Below are positions 28,060-36,446 of a DNA stretch of 64,000 bases, piece by piece; the stretch's first letter is position 1, and the number at the start of each line of letters is the position of its first letter. This DNA comes from Candidatus Omnitrophota bacterium (lineage in GTDB: Bacteria; Omnitrophota; Omnitrophia; Omnitrophales; Aquincolibacteriaceae). Position numbers and translations under genes: made by a program. The stretch covers positions 889 to 64,888 of the forward strand of contig DAOSLF010000003.1 in assembly GCA_035368605.1 (NCBI GenBank), given 5' to 3'. The notes beneath the pieces are model-generated. The model made no database searches. It saw nothing but the letters and a program-made list of their open reading frames with translations, and was not told where the DNA came from.

Positions 28060-28863
28060 TTACATCATTCCGAGAACATGGCCCATATGATAGAGACCCG
28101 TCTTCTTTTTCGCAAGGAATTTTGCCGCCAGAAGCGCGCCCCGGGCCAAAGCTTCGCGGGAAGTAGCCTTGTGGACCAGTTCGACACGCTCCCCATCCCC
28201 GAAAAACGACACCGTATGTTCACCGACCACGTCGCCGCCCCGCATGGCGAATACGCCGATCTTCCCTTGCTGCCGGGCGCCGGTGTCCCCTTCGCGGCCA
28301 CAGACCAGATCCTTCGCCGGGTCCCTGCCTCTTGCATCGGCCAGAATTTCGGCCAGTTTAAGAGCGGTGCCGCTCGGCGCGTCCTTTTTCATCCGGTGGT
28401 GGATTTCCATGATCTCGAGGTCGTAGCTTTCGTCGAGGACCTTGCCCGCGAACGCCGCGAGGCGGAACAGGAGGTTCACCCCCACGCTCATGTTGGGCGA
28501 CTGGACGATCGGTATCTTCTTTGAAGCGAGGGCGATTTTTTTCATCATCCCGGGAGGAATCGCGGTGGTCCCGATCACATACTTCTTCTTCGCCGCGACA
28601 CAGGCCGCAAGGTTATCCGGCAGCGCCGAAAAATGACTGAAATCGATCAGGACATCCGACGTCTTCATGACCGCGACCGGACTGGAATCAATCCGGACAT
28701 TAAGGAGATCGCCGCCGATCAAGGAACCGATATCCATGTCCAGTGTCGCGTGGCCGCGCTGTTCGATGCCGCCCGTGATCCTGAACGCCCTGTCCTTCGC
28801 AGCGAGCTTCAGGATGATCTTTCCCATCCTGCCCGCCGCGCCCGCCACCGCCAATCTGATCAT
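28060..28863 (-). CDS. dapB: 4-hydroxy-tetrahydrodipicolinate reductase
   Basis: MIRLAVAGAAGRMGK Rossmann start with AAGGAGAAGGG upstream; ..EIMEIHHRMKKDAPSGTA.. is the DapB signature. The 89-codon N-terminal extension in the ORF track is rejected. Confidence 0.9.
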   Translation of the reverse strand: MIRLAVAGAAGRMGKIILKLAAKDRAFRITGGIEQRGHATLDMDIGSLIGGDLLNVRIDSSPVAVMKTSDVLIDFSHFSALPDNLAACVAAKKKYVIGTTAIPPGMMKKIALASKKIPIVQSPNMSVGVNLLFRLAAFAGKVLDESYDLEIMEIHHRMKKDAPSGTALKLAEILADARGRDPAKDLVCGREGDTGARQQGKIGVFAMRGGDVVGEHTVSFFGDGERVELVHKATSREALARGALLAAKFLAKKKTGLYHMGHVLGMM

Positions 28864-28907
28864 ACCCTTCTCCTTATACCACTCCAACCTACGAGGTTGG
28901 ATTTTGG

Positions 28908-29792
28908 TTAAACGATTTTCAACGTTTTGAGAACTGCCCGCAGTTTCTTCACGTTCTCCGGTTTCATCTCGCAGAGCGGAAGCCGCAGCTCCGGCTTGAT
29001 CATCCCCATCATCCCGAGCGCCGTCTTGGCCGGAATGGGATTCGTCTCGATGAAGACCGCTTTGGAAAGAGGATAGTGTTTCTTGTGGAGTTCCCGCGCC
29101 TTCGCCATATTGCCGTCGAGCGCCGCCCACACCATGTCATGAACGAGCTTCGGCGCGACGTTCGCCGACACCGAGATCACACCCACCGCCCCGGCCGCGA
29201 TCAGCGGGAAGGTCAGGCTGTCCTCGCCCGAAATGACGGGAAGGTCGCAGAGCTGCATGATCTGGTCCGCCTGGTCCATGCTCCCGCTCGCTTCCTTGAT
29301 CGCGACAATATTGTCGATCTTCGAAAGCCGCGCCACGGTCTCAGGCGCGATCGACACTCCGGTACGCCCCGGCACGTTATAAAGGACGATCGGGATGTCA
29401 ACCCGGCCCGCGAGGTATTCGTAGTGGCGGTAGAGACCTTCCTGCGTCGGCTTGTTATAGTACGGCGTCACGATCAGCGCCGCGTCCGCGCCGGTTCGCT
29501 TCGCATGCTGGACAAGGCCGAACGCCTCCGCGGTATTGTTCGACCCGCACCCCGCAATCACGGGGACGCGCCCGTTCACGTAATCGACGACGAACGACAT
29601 TGTGTCACGGTGTTCCTCATGCGACATCGTTGCGGACTCCCCCGTCGTGCCGCAGGGAATGATCACGTCCGTCCCGGCCTTCAGGTGGAAATCGATGAGC
29701 CCCGCCATCGCCTTGCGATCGACCTTACCGCTCCTGAACGGCGTGACAAGCGCAACCATGGAACCCGCGAACCTTATTTTCTTTTTAGCCAT
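28908..29792 (-). CDS. dapA: 4-hydroxy-tetrahydrodipicolinate synthase
   Basis: ..GSMVALVTPF..IIPCGTTGESATMSHEEH.. and the Schiff-base Lys region ..IVAIKEASG. Confidence 0.9.
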   Translation of the reverse strand: MAKKKIRFAGSMVALVTPFRSGKVDRKAMAGLIDFHLKAGTDVIIPCGTTGESATMSHEEHRDTMSFVVDYVNGRVPVIAGCGSNNTAEAFGLVQHAKRTGADAALIVTPYYNKPTQEGLYRHYEYLAGRVDIPIVLYNVPGRTGVSIAPETVARLSKIDNIVAIKEASGSMDQADQIMQLCDLPVISGEDSLTFPLIAAGAVGVISVSANVAPKLVHDMVWAALDGNMAKARELHKKHYPLSKAVFIETNPIPAKTALGMMGMIKPELRLPLCEMKPENVKKLRAVLKTLKIV

Positions 29793-29816
29793 GTTCTCTT
29801 CCTTCTCCCTGCCTGA

Positions 29817-30629
29817 TTAAAGAAAATATTCGCCCCGATAGACAACCTGCGCCTTCCCCTGAAGGAAGGCCTTTGTGACGACGGTACCTTTGCGCTCCAG
29901 ATCGATCACAAGCTTCTCGCCGCCCCTCGTGTGGACCGTGACCGGTGTCGCGACATACCCCTTGAGCACGCTCACGACGGAAGAAGCCGTCGATCCCGTC
30001 CCGCACGCGAGCGTCTCGTTCTCGACACCGCGCTCGTACGTCCGGACCATGATCTCGCGCTTGCTCTTCACCTCGACAAAATTCACGTTCGTTCCCGCCG
30101 GCTTGAACTTCGCATGCGTGCGGACTGCCCGTCCGACGGTGGCAACATCGATCTTCCCGAGCCCCTCCACAAAGATCACGATATGCGGGACACCGGTGTC
30201 GACGAACGCGTAGTGGAGCCGGTGGCCGGAGACCTCAAGCATGCCGCTCATCTCAAAAATCCTCGGCTTCACAAGCTGGACCTTCACGTCACCGCTTTGT
30301 CCGACTGCGGCCTCAATGAGTCCGGAGCCCGACTCAAAGATCATCTTTGGGGGCAGTTTGATAACTTCGCGCGCATACAGGGCAATACAACGGAAACCGT
30401 TCCCGCAGGCCGCGGCCTCGGAACCGTCCAGGTTGATGATCCGCATCCTAAAATCCGCCTTCGCGGACTTTTCATAAAGCAGGACGCCGTCCGCGCCCAC
30501 TCCCTGATGAAGCTCGCAGACCCGCTTCGAGAAAGCGGCGGCGTTCTTTACGACCCCCCGTCGGTTGTCCACAACCACGAAATCGTTCCCCGAGGCGACC
30601 ATTTTATAGAAGGGTATTGTTTTTCTCAT
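29817..30629 (-). CDS. dapF: Diaminopimelate epimerase
   Basis: FYKMVASGNDFVVVDN.. and the two catalytic Cys motifs (ACGNGFRC, TLACGTGS). Confidence 0.9.
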   Translation of the reverse strand: MRKTIPFYKMVASGNDFVVVDNRRGVVKNAAAFSKRVCELHQGVGADGVLLYEKSAKADFRMRIINLDGSEAAACGNGFRCIALYAREVIKLPPKMIFESGSGLIEAAVGQSGDVKVQLVKPRIFEMSGMLEVSGHRLHYAFVDTGVPHIVIFVEGLGKIDVATVGRAVRTHAKFKPAGTNVNFVEVKSKREIMVRTYERGVENETLACGTGSTASSVVSVLKGYVATPVTVHTRGGEKLVIDLERKGTVVTKAFLQGKAQVVYRGEYFL

Positions 30630-30788
30630 GATAACGTCTTGATAAACCTGCGGTTAGGCGGGCGTATTCTATCAAATCCCCCCCGGGAATCCAAAAGGAT
30701 TGATTGGAAAGGAGCCGGGGAACCGCACGAAGAGTTTTGCGGCCTCTTTCCGGGCCCCCGGATCAAAACTTCGCGAAGGCGGGACAAA

Positions 30789-31013
30789 TCAGGTCTGATT
30801 GTCGCTTTCGGGATTCGTTTTATCGAGTTTCTTGCACACGTCCCTCTTACAGATGCATCCCGTCAACTCCTTCACAATGACGGCCACACCTAGCACGGTC
30901 AGGGCAATCGGGGCCCAGGAGACATTCCACCAGGCGAACACGATCACAAGCACTCCGGCGAGCGCGGAACAGCAACAACACGGACTCTTGTGACTTTCTT
31001 TCTTTTTTTCCAT
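30789..31013 (-). CDS. Small Cys-rich membrane protein (74 aa) with a CCCC motif and two predicted TM helices
   Basis: Internal ATG with strong RBS AGGGAGGGGG. MEKKKESHKSPCCCCSALAGVLVIVFAWWNVSWAPIALTVLGVAVIVKELTGCICKRDVCKKL... Confidence 0.4.
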   Translation of the reverse strand: MEKKKESHKSPCCCCSALAGVLVIVFAWWNVSWAPIALTVLGVAVIVKELTGCICKRDVCKKLDKTNPESDNQT

Positions 31014-31201
31014 GACCCCCTCCCTTTCTCGGTTAAGCGGCTCAGGCCGGCATCGTCTCACTCATGTTCATGCCGCCCCCTTTCACTTTTATCCACGGGC
31101 ATTCCTTCTGTTGTTTCATTTCTTTCCACTGCTCGGCCGTTGGGATGGCCTTGCGTTCGGCGTCCTTATGGATCGCAATCCACTTGGCCTGCGCCTTGAG
31201 A

Positions 31202-31246
31202 AATGGGGTCAGTCACCATTTCCCTGAAATGGTGACTGACCCCATT
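31202..31246. repeat. 45-nt perfect palindromic hairpin element, copy 1 (terminator-like, downstream of the ODC gene)
   Basis: AATGGGGTCAGTCACCATTT-CCCTG-AAATGGTGACTGACCCCATT: a 20-bp perfect stem and a T-rich 3' flank (ATTTATTTATAC). Near-identical to the copy at 46914..46958. Confidence 0.7.
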
Positions 31247-31252
31247 ATTTAT

Positions 31253-32434
31253 TTATACGAGAATGACCTTGGCAGGTTCGAAGCCGTTGAAATTGGGGAC
31301 AGCGCTCGCGCAGGAGTAGGCGCCGATATTCTTGACGTAAACAACATCCCCGACGAACAACTCGGGGAACTCTTCGTTCGATGTGAGGATATCAAGCGAA
31401 TCGCAGGTCGGGCCCGCGATCACGCTCATGGTCTTCTGCCCGCGTCGCAAGGTCTTGAACTCGTACTTGCAGTGATCGAACATCATCCCTGAAAAATCCT
31501 GGTAGATGCCATCATTGATGTAGTAGAAGTTCTTGTTGTCGCGGAAGGCCTTCCCCACCACCTGCGTCACGAGCACGCCGGAGGGACCCGCGAAAAACCG
31601 CCCCGGCTCGGCGATAAAATGAGTGGATTTCGGAAAGAGCTCCTTCATCTGCTTGCGGATCTGCGCGGCCATCCGCTCAAAGTTGATGCCGATCTCGTTT
31701 TCAAAGTGAGGTATCGGGAACCCGCCTCCGATATCGACGATCGAAAGCGGCATGCCGTTCTCTTTGGCCTCCCTGAAAATCCCGGCCGTGAGCTCGAGCG
31801 CCTGCAAATAATTTTCGACGTTCGTCGACTGCGAACCGACGTGAAAGCTCACGCCTTTCGGCACGAGCCCGAGGCTTTTCGCCTTCCGCAAGAGACAAAA
31901 CCCCTGGTCCGGTTCCGCGCCGAACTTAAGCGACAGCTGGACGACCGAGCCGCGGTTCTCGACGCGGATCCTCAAGATCACGTGCGCTCCGGGGAAACTC
32001 TCCGCGATCTTGTAAAGCTCGGCTTCGTTGTCGAAGGTCATGAGCCGGACGCGGCGCTTGCGGGCGGTGACGATATCCTCTTTCGACTTGATCGTATTCG
32101 CGAAGATGATGTGGCTCGGTTTCGCGCCCTGCTTGAGGACGAGTTTCATCTCGGCCGCGCTCGCGACGTCGAAGCAGGCCCCGAGCTTCGCGAAATATTT
32201 GACGATCCGCGGATGCGGATTGGCCTTGATCGCGTAATAAGGCGTCACTTCCGGCAGGGCCTTTCGAAAGCGGTTGAACTGCTTCTCGAGGACACTCTTG
32301 CGGATCAAGAGAAAGGGCGTCTTATGCTTTTTCAGCATTTGCCGGATCAGATTCTCGATACCCGAGGACTCCGTCGGCCTGACCGCCTTGTTTAAAAACG
32401 AAATGCTCCCACTCTCAAGAAGGGGCTGTTTCAT
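31253..32434 (-). CDS. PLP-dependent Orn/Lys/Arg decarboxylase, alanine-racemase fold (ornithine decarboxylase-like)
   Basis: ..PYYAIKANPHPRIVKYFAKLGACFDVASAAE.. (PLP-binding Lys region of group IV decarboxylases), ..GGGFPI.., ..EPGRFFAG.., ..CDSLD... It ends 6 nt before the homospermidine synthase gene. Confidence 0.7.
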   Translation of the reverse strand: MKQPLLESGSISFLNKAVRPTESSGIENLIRQMLKKHKTPFLLIRKSVLEKQFNRFRKALPEVTPYYAIKANPHPRIVKYFAKLGACFDVASAAEMKLVLKQGAKPSHIIFANTIKSKEDIVTARKRRVRLMTFDNEAELYKIAESFPGAHVILRIRVENRGSVVQLSLKFGAEPDQGFCLLRKAKSLGLVPKGVSFHVGSQSTNVENYLQALELTAGIFREAKENGMPLSIVDIGGGFPIPHFENEIGINFERMAAQIRKQMKELFPKSTHFIAEPGRFFAGPSGVLVTQVVGKAFRDNKNFYYINDGIYQDFSGMMFDHCKYEFKTLRRGQKTMSVIAGPTCDSLDILTSNEEFPELFVGDVVYVKNIGAYSCASAVPNFNGFEPAKVILV

Positions 32435-32440
32435 TCCGGA

Positions 32441-33943
32441 TCAACCCCTGTCGTCCACGAGGAAGGAGTTGAACTGCCAAAGCTCGTCCTTTTTCGGCGC
32501 CTTGGCCCCGAACCTCAGGTACTTCGTGTTGAGATTCTGAAGCGGCGTCCAGTCCGAGGGGATCGAAACGAACGGGACGATGTAAGGGGTCGCGAACTTC
32601 AGGATGAACTCGTGATCGATATCATCCGGGAGCAGAAAACCCTTGCGCGGATTGTCGATCATCCAGAGCGCCGCGGCGACCACGGAGACCGCCACCTGGA
32701 GAGTCGTCGCCTGCTGGTGCGCGACCAGTTTGCGCGTCGTGTGGATGTCGAGAAGCGAACCGCACCACCAGGACGTGAAATCATGTCCCATCAGGAGCAC
32801 ACCGAGCTCGTCGCGACCGTCAATGATATCGTCCGAAAGGATGCGCTGGTCCTCGTGCAGCTTGTACTGGCGCATCCGGAGCTCCTGCATCGAAAGGACC
32901 GCGGAATCGCAGGGGCAGTACGCGTAATGCACGGTCGGGCGGTACACGGCCTTGCCGTTCTTCCATACCGTGAGACGGTCGGAGATCGAAAACGCCTCGC
33001 CGTGGCGGATCACCATGCCGTTGATCTCCCCACAGGGCACCCACGAACGAACAAACGTGTTCATGCCAAGCGTGCCGAGGCAAATCTGGTTCTTCGGCCC
33101 CGTCCTGTGCTCATAGCCGTCCCTGGGAAGTTTCTTCTCGTGAGTCCCCCAGCCGAGTTCGGCCGGCGCGACACCCTCCTCATAGAACCCTTCGATCGAC
33201 CAGGTGTTCACGAACTCGTTGACGCGTTTCGGAACGTCCGTGACCTGCGTGTCTCGTTCGCTGATATGGATAACCTTGACGCCTGTTGTCTGCGCGAGCT
33301 TCGCGAAGTTCTTCCCGGCAAGAAAGCGCTCGAGGTTCTTCGCGCGCGGATCCCGCGGCTTTTCCTTCAGAATCTTCTTCGCGATATCGATCAGGGCCTT
33401 CTTTGTGAAATGGGACACAAGGCCGGGATTCGCGCCGTGGTCGACGATCGAAGTCGCGCCCTTCTCGTCGCCCCACTTCTCCTTCATGAGCTTGCGAAGC
33501 TTCATGTGGCGATAGTAGAGCGTGTATTGGGTCGGGTCAGTTCGCTTGTCGTCACGGTAAGGGTCCCATTCCTCGATCGAGGTGTTGACATAGAGGATGT
33601 TGTTTGCGCGACACCAGTCGAGGATCTCCCATGCGTCGATATTCCAGGCGAGGTCGATGATCATATCGCCGCACCCGACGTATTTCGCAAGAAGCTTCCT
33701 GTAATTGTCCCTCGTGACGCGATCGAAGACGTAGCGGACGCCTTTCTTCAGCGCGTCTTTTACACGGTGGCGGTTGTCGACGAAGTCCATAATCGTGATG
33801 TTCTTCGCGGGCATGTCGAAGTGACGCAGGATCAGCGGTGTCGCACATTGCGACACACCCCCGCACCCGATAATCAAGACCTTTCCGTTGAACTTCACGC
33901 GGGTCTCGGGGATGCTGGCTTTGACCTTAGGGTATTTGAACAC
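32441..33943 (-). CDS. hss: Homospermidine synthase
   Basis: Strong motif match to bacterial homospermidine synthase: VLIIGCGGVSQ (NAD site), VTRDNYRKLL, HISERDTQ, FVNTWSIEGFYEEGVAPAELGWGT, AVYRPTVHYAYCPCDSAVLSMQEL, TPYIVPFVSIPSDWTPL. RBS GGAGGGTGA. Confidence 0.8.
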   Translation of the reverse strand: MFKYPKVKASIPETRVKFNGKVLIIGCGGVSQCATPLILRHFDMPAKNITIMDFVDNRHRVKDALKKGVRYVFDRVTRDNYRKLLAKYVGCGDMIIDLAWNIDAWEILDWCRANNILYVNTSIEEWDPYRDDKRTDPTQYTLYYRHMKLRKLMKEKWGDEKGATSIVDHGANPGLVSHFTKKALIDIAKKILKEKPRDPRAKNLERFLAGKNFAKLAQTTGVKVIHISERDTQVTDVPKRVNEFVNTWSIEGFYEEGVAPAELGWGTHEKKLPRDGYEHRTGPKNQICLGTLGMNTFVRSWVPCGEINGMVIRHGEAFSISDRLTVWKNGKAVYRPTVHYAYCPCDSAVLSMQELRMRQYKLHEDQRILSDDIIDGRDELGVLLMGHDFTSWWCGSLLDIHTTRKLVAHQQATTLQVAVSVVAAALWMIDNPRKGFLLPDDIDHEFILKFATPYIVPFVSIPSDWTPLQNLNTKYLRFGAKAPKKDELWQFNSFLVDDRG

Positions 33944-34191
33944 GATCGCTCACCCTCCATTGTTTGAAATTTGACAATAACCGTCACAAAAAACTTTTTC
34001 CCGTGAATCGGAAACCGGATATTACATCATATCGTTTTCTGCATCAACCACTAAACCCCGAAAAAACATATTTTTTTAAAAATTCCCCGCCGAAGGCCGA
34101 GAGCCAGGCCTTCAGCCCCAAGCCGCCATTGCGCCTTGACGGAAGCGGGCTTTACGTGGAGAATCTTCCCGCTGTCCAAAAAGGAGCCTTT

Positions 34192-34527
34192 ATGAAAAAA
34201 ATTCTTTGCGCGTTCCTCGCCCTTTCTGTTCTGACATCCGCGACGCCGGTCTTCGCGAATTTCGACAATTTTCAGAAGAGCCCCTGGACCGAAGAGAAGA
34301 CCTATGTCGATAAATCGGTCGGCAAGCTCGCCTTCGGTCTCACGAACATCACAGCCGGCTGGACGGCCCTCTTCTTCGAAACCGCGAAACACGGCAACAT
34401 CTTCGCGGGCATCGCAAAGGGTGTCTGGCGCACCGGGACCAACACCGTGGGCGGCGTTCTCCATGCGGCTACCTTCCCCGTCGCGGTGGATATCCCCCTT
34501 CCTGACGGAGGCGTGAAATTCGAATGA
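34192..34527 (+). CDS. Small secreted protein (111 aa), paralog A of a tandem pair
   Basis: Internal ATG with AAGGAG upstream; signal peptide MKKILCAFLALSVLTSATPVFA. Shares GKLAFGL.N...GWT..F.E and ..TFP..VD.P blocks with the next gene. Confidence 0.55.
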   Translation: MKKILCAFLALSVLTSATPVFANFDNFQKSPWTEEKTYVDKSVGKLAFGLTNITAGWTALFFETAKHGNIFAGIAKGVWRTGTNTVGGVLHAATFPVAVDIPLPDGGVKFE

Positions 34528-35135
34528 AACGCTTCCTCGCGCTCGCCCTTCTATTGATGATCGCTCTCGCTCCCTCCGCGGTCGCAACGCCATGGGCCGA
34601 AAAGGAAGGTTACGGCGAAAAGACCAAAGGGAAGCTTGCGTTCGGTCTCCGCAACACGTTCCTCGGCTGGACCGAAATGTTCTCGGAGCCGAAGCGCTAC
34701 AAGTTCGACCTCAAGAAGAGCGAATGGGAAGGGTTCTGCATGGGAATCTCGAAGTTCGTCTTTTACACGGCGGACGGTCTGATCCAGCTCGCGACCTTTC
34801 CCATTCCCGTCGACTTCCCCGACTTCGGGGAGGGAGCGGTCCCGGACCTCGGAAAGAAAAAGGAAGGGCCGCCGAAACCGTGGGAGGTTCACGGAAAATC
34901 AAGGTACAGCGTAATTCCCGCCTCGGAAGTCCCGGCCACGATCCGCGTCACCAAAGCGAAGTCACCCGCTCCCGTTCCGCCGCCGATCCAGACTCCCCCG
35001 ACCACTCCAACCTACGAGGTTGGAATGGTTCCCACGACTTCTCTAGCGGAAACCGCGGCCCAGGATACTTCCGGGGTTCCCGAACCGCCGACTCTTGTCG
35101 CGACGCCGGTCCCCGACCTGCCCTACTCGAAATAA
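34524..35135 (+). CDS. Small secreted protein (203 aa), paralog B with a Pro/Thr-rich C-terminal extension
   Basis: Signal peptide MKRFLALALLLMIALAPSAVA. The core matches paralog A (GKLAFGLRNTFLGWTEMFSE.. / ..QLATFPIPVDFP..), followed by a tail PAPVPPPIQTPPTTPTYEVG... The start overlaps the stop of paralog A (ATGA). Confidence 0.55.
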   Translation: MKRFLALALLLMIALAPSAVATPWAEKEGYGEKTKGKLAFGLRNTFLGWTEMFSEPKRYKFDLKKSEWEGFCMGISKFVFYTADGLIQLATFPIPVDFPDFGEGAVPDLGKKKEGPPKPWEVHGKSRYSVIPASEVPATIRVTKAKSPAPVPPPIQTPPTTPTYEVGMVPTTSLAETAAQDTSGVPEPPTLVATPVPDLPYSK

Positions 35136-35412
35136 AAACCGCACCCGGGGTTACCCGTTGCGGCGTTTGACTCACGAATCCTGTTCAGCTTCGGACCTGA
35201 TACTCGCGGGCGGAATTCCCTTCGCATTCCACAAAGGCATGCTTCAAGCATTCTCGATCACAACCTGGCAACAACCCTCCGATCCCCGATCCTCCGCCCG
35301 CGCGTGAACATACCCCGAGAAGACCAGGTCAGGGATCAGCACAGGCAGGAAAAAGCTCTGCGGGGACCGTTTGCACCGCATCACACCGATGCGATGTTCG
35401 CTCTTTTCCCTA

Positions 35413-36237
35413 TTACTCCGCCGCCAGAAATCCGTGGACGATGTTGACGAACACCTCGCGCTCTTCCATATGGATCGAGTGGGCCACGGCGGGGATGCAC
35501 CGGTAAACGCTGCCAGGGATCATCTTCGAAAGCGCCTCCGCTTCTTCCGGAAGGATCAGCACGTCCTCCCCGCCCTCGAGAACAAGCGTCCGGGCCTTGA
35601 TCCCTCCGAGACGCCCGCGTGCGTCGAACGAAGCGACCGCGTCAATCTGCCCCTTGAATCCGGGAAGCTGCTGCCGGTAACGATCGCGGATGCCCCGTTT
35701 CACGAGCGCCGCAACGAAACTTTCCCGGGAAAGAACGCTCGGCGAAAAAAGCCAGCGGGTCCATTCGCGGAGCCACGCCTCGAGATCCCCCCCCTGCGCA
35801 AGGTCCCTGTAAAATTTCAGGAAAAGCTCGTTGTTCCTCCCGGAAGAAACGGCCGCGGTGCTCGACAGGACGAGCCGGTCGACGCGCTCCGGATACCGGA
35901 TCGCAAGCTCCTGGGCAATAAAACCTCCGAGGGAATGACCCAGAACATGCGCCCGCCCGACCTTGAAATGATCGAGCACCCGCAGGACGTCCTCCGCCAT
36001 TTCGATGACGCTGTACGGCTTTCCCGGAATCGAACTGCGCCCCGCGCCCCGGTTGTCGAGCGTCAGGATGCGGTACTGCTTCGGAAGTCTCGCGATCACC
36101 CCGTTCCAGTTCGAGCTGTCGGTCCCAAGCCCCGCGATCAAAAGAAGCGGCGCCCCCTCCCCGCGCGACTCGCAGTAGATCGCGACCTCGCCCGGAAGTT
36201 TCTCCCCCTTATGCGTTCGTCGTTCGTGAGTGGTCAT
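35413..36237 (-). CDS. Alpha/beta-fold hydrolase
   Basis: ..LLLIAGLGTDSSNW.. and the nucleophile elbow VLGHSLGG. Start re-called at the internal ATG; the ORF-track start is a TTG. Confidence 0.7.
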   Translation of the reverse strand: MTTHERRTHKGEKLPGEVAIYCESRGEGAPLLLIAGLGTDSSNWNGVIARLPKQYRILTLDNRGAGRSSIPGKPYSVIEMAEDVLRVLDHFKVGRAHVLGHSLGGFIAQELAIRYPERVDRLVLSSTAAVSSGRNNELFLKFYRDLAQGGDLEAWLREWTRWLFSPSVLSRESFVAALVKRGIRDRYRQQLPGFKGQIDAVASFDARGRLGGIKARTLVLEGGEDVLILPEEAEALSKMIPGSVYRCIPAVAHSIHMEEREVFVNIVHGFLAAE

Positions 36238-36394
36238 GGGTTTCACAGTCTGTCTTTTAGACTCTAGTCCCGCTAATTCCCGGTCGATCAAGTTCGTTTT
36301 TCAACAAAAACAATCCTGTTTTTGGAAAAATCCCGGATCAATGGCTAACAACCAGTTTCTGCCGGAAAACCACAAAGAATATCTACTATGGTTT

Positions 36395-36430
36395 CAACAA
36401 AAAAGGCCGTGCCGAAACGCCGGCACGGCC
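36395..36430 (-). terminator. Rho-independent terminator of the arg-lysA operon
   Basis: GGCCGTGCCG-AAACGC-CGGCACGGCC: a perfect 10-bp GC stem, followed on the minus-strand transcript by TTTTTTGTTG. Confidence 0.75.
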
Positions 36431-36446
36431 CCGATTTTCAAAAACC

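Noticed and set aside
32612-33967. A 451-aa plus-strand ORF
   Set aside because: It is antisense to homospermidine synthase, and is Arg/Asp/Val-rich with no motifs.
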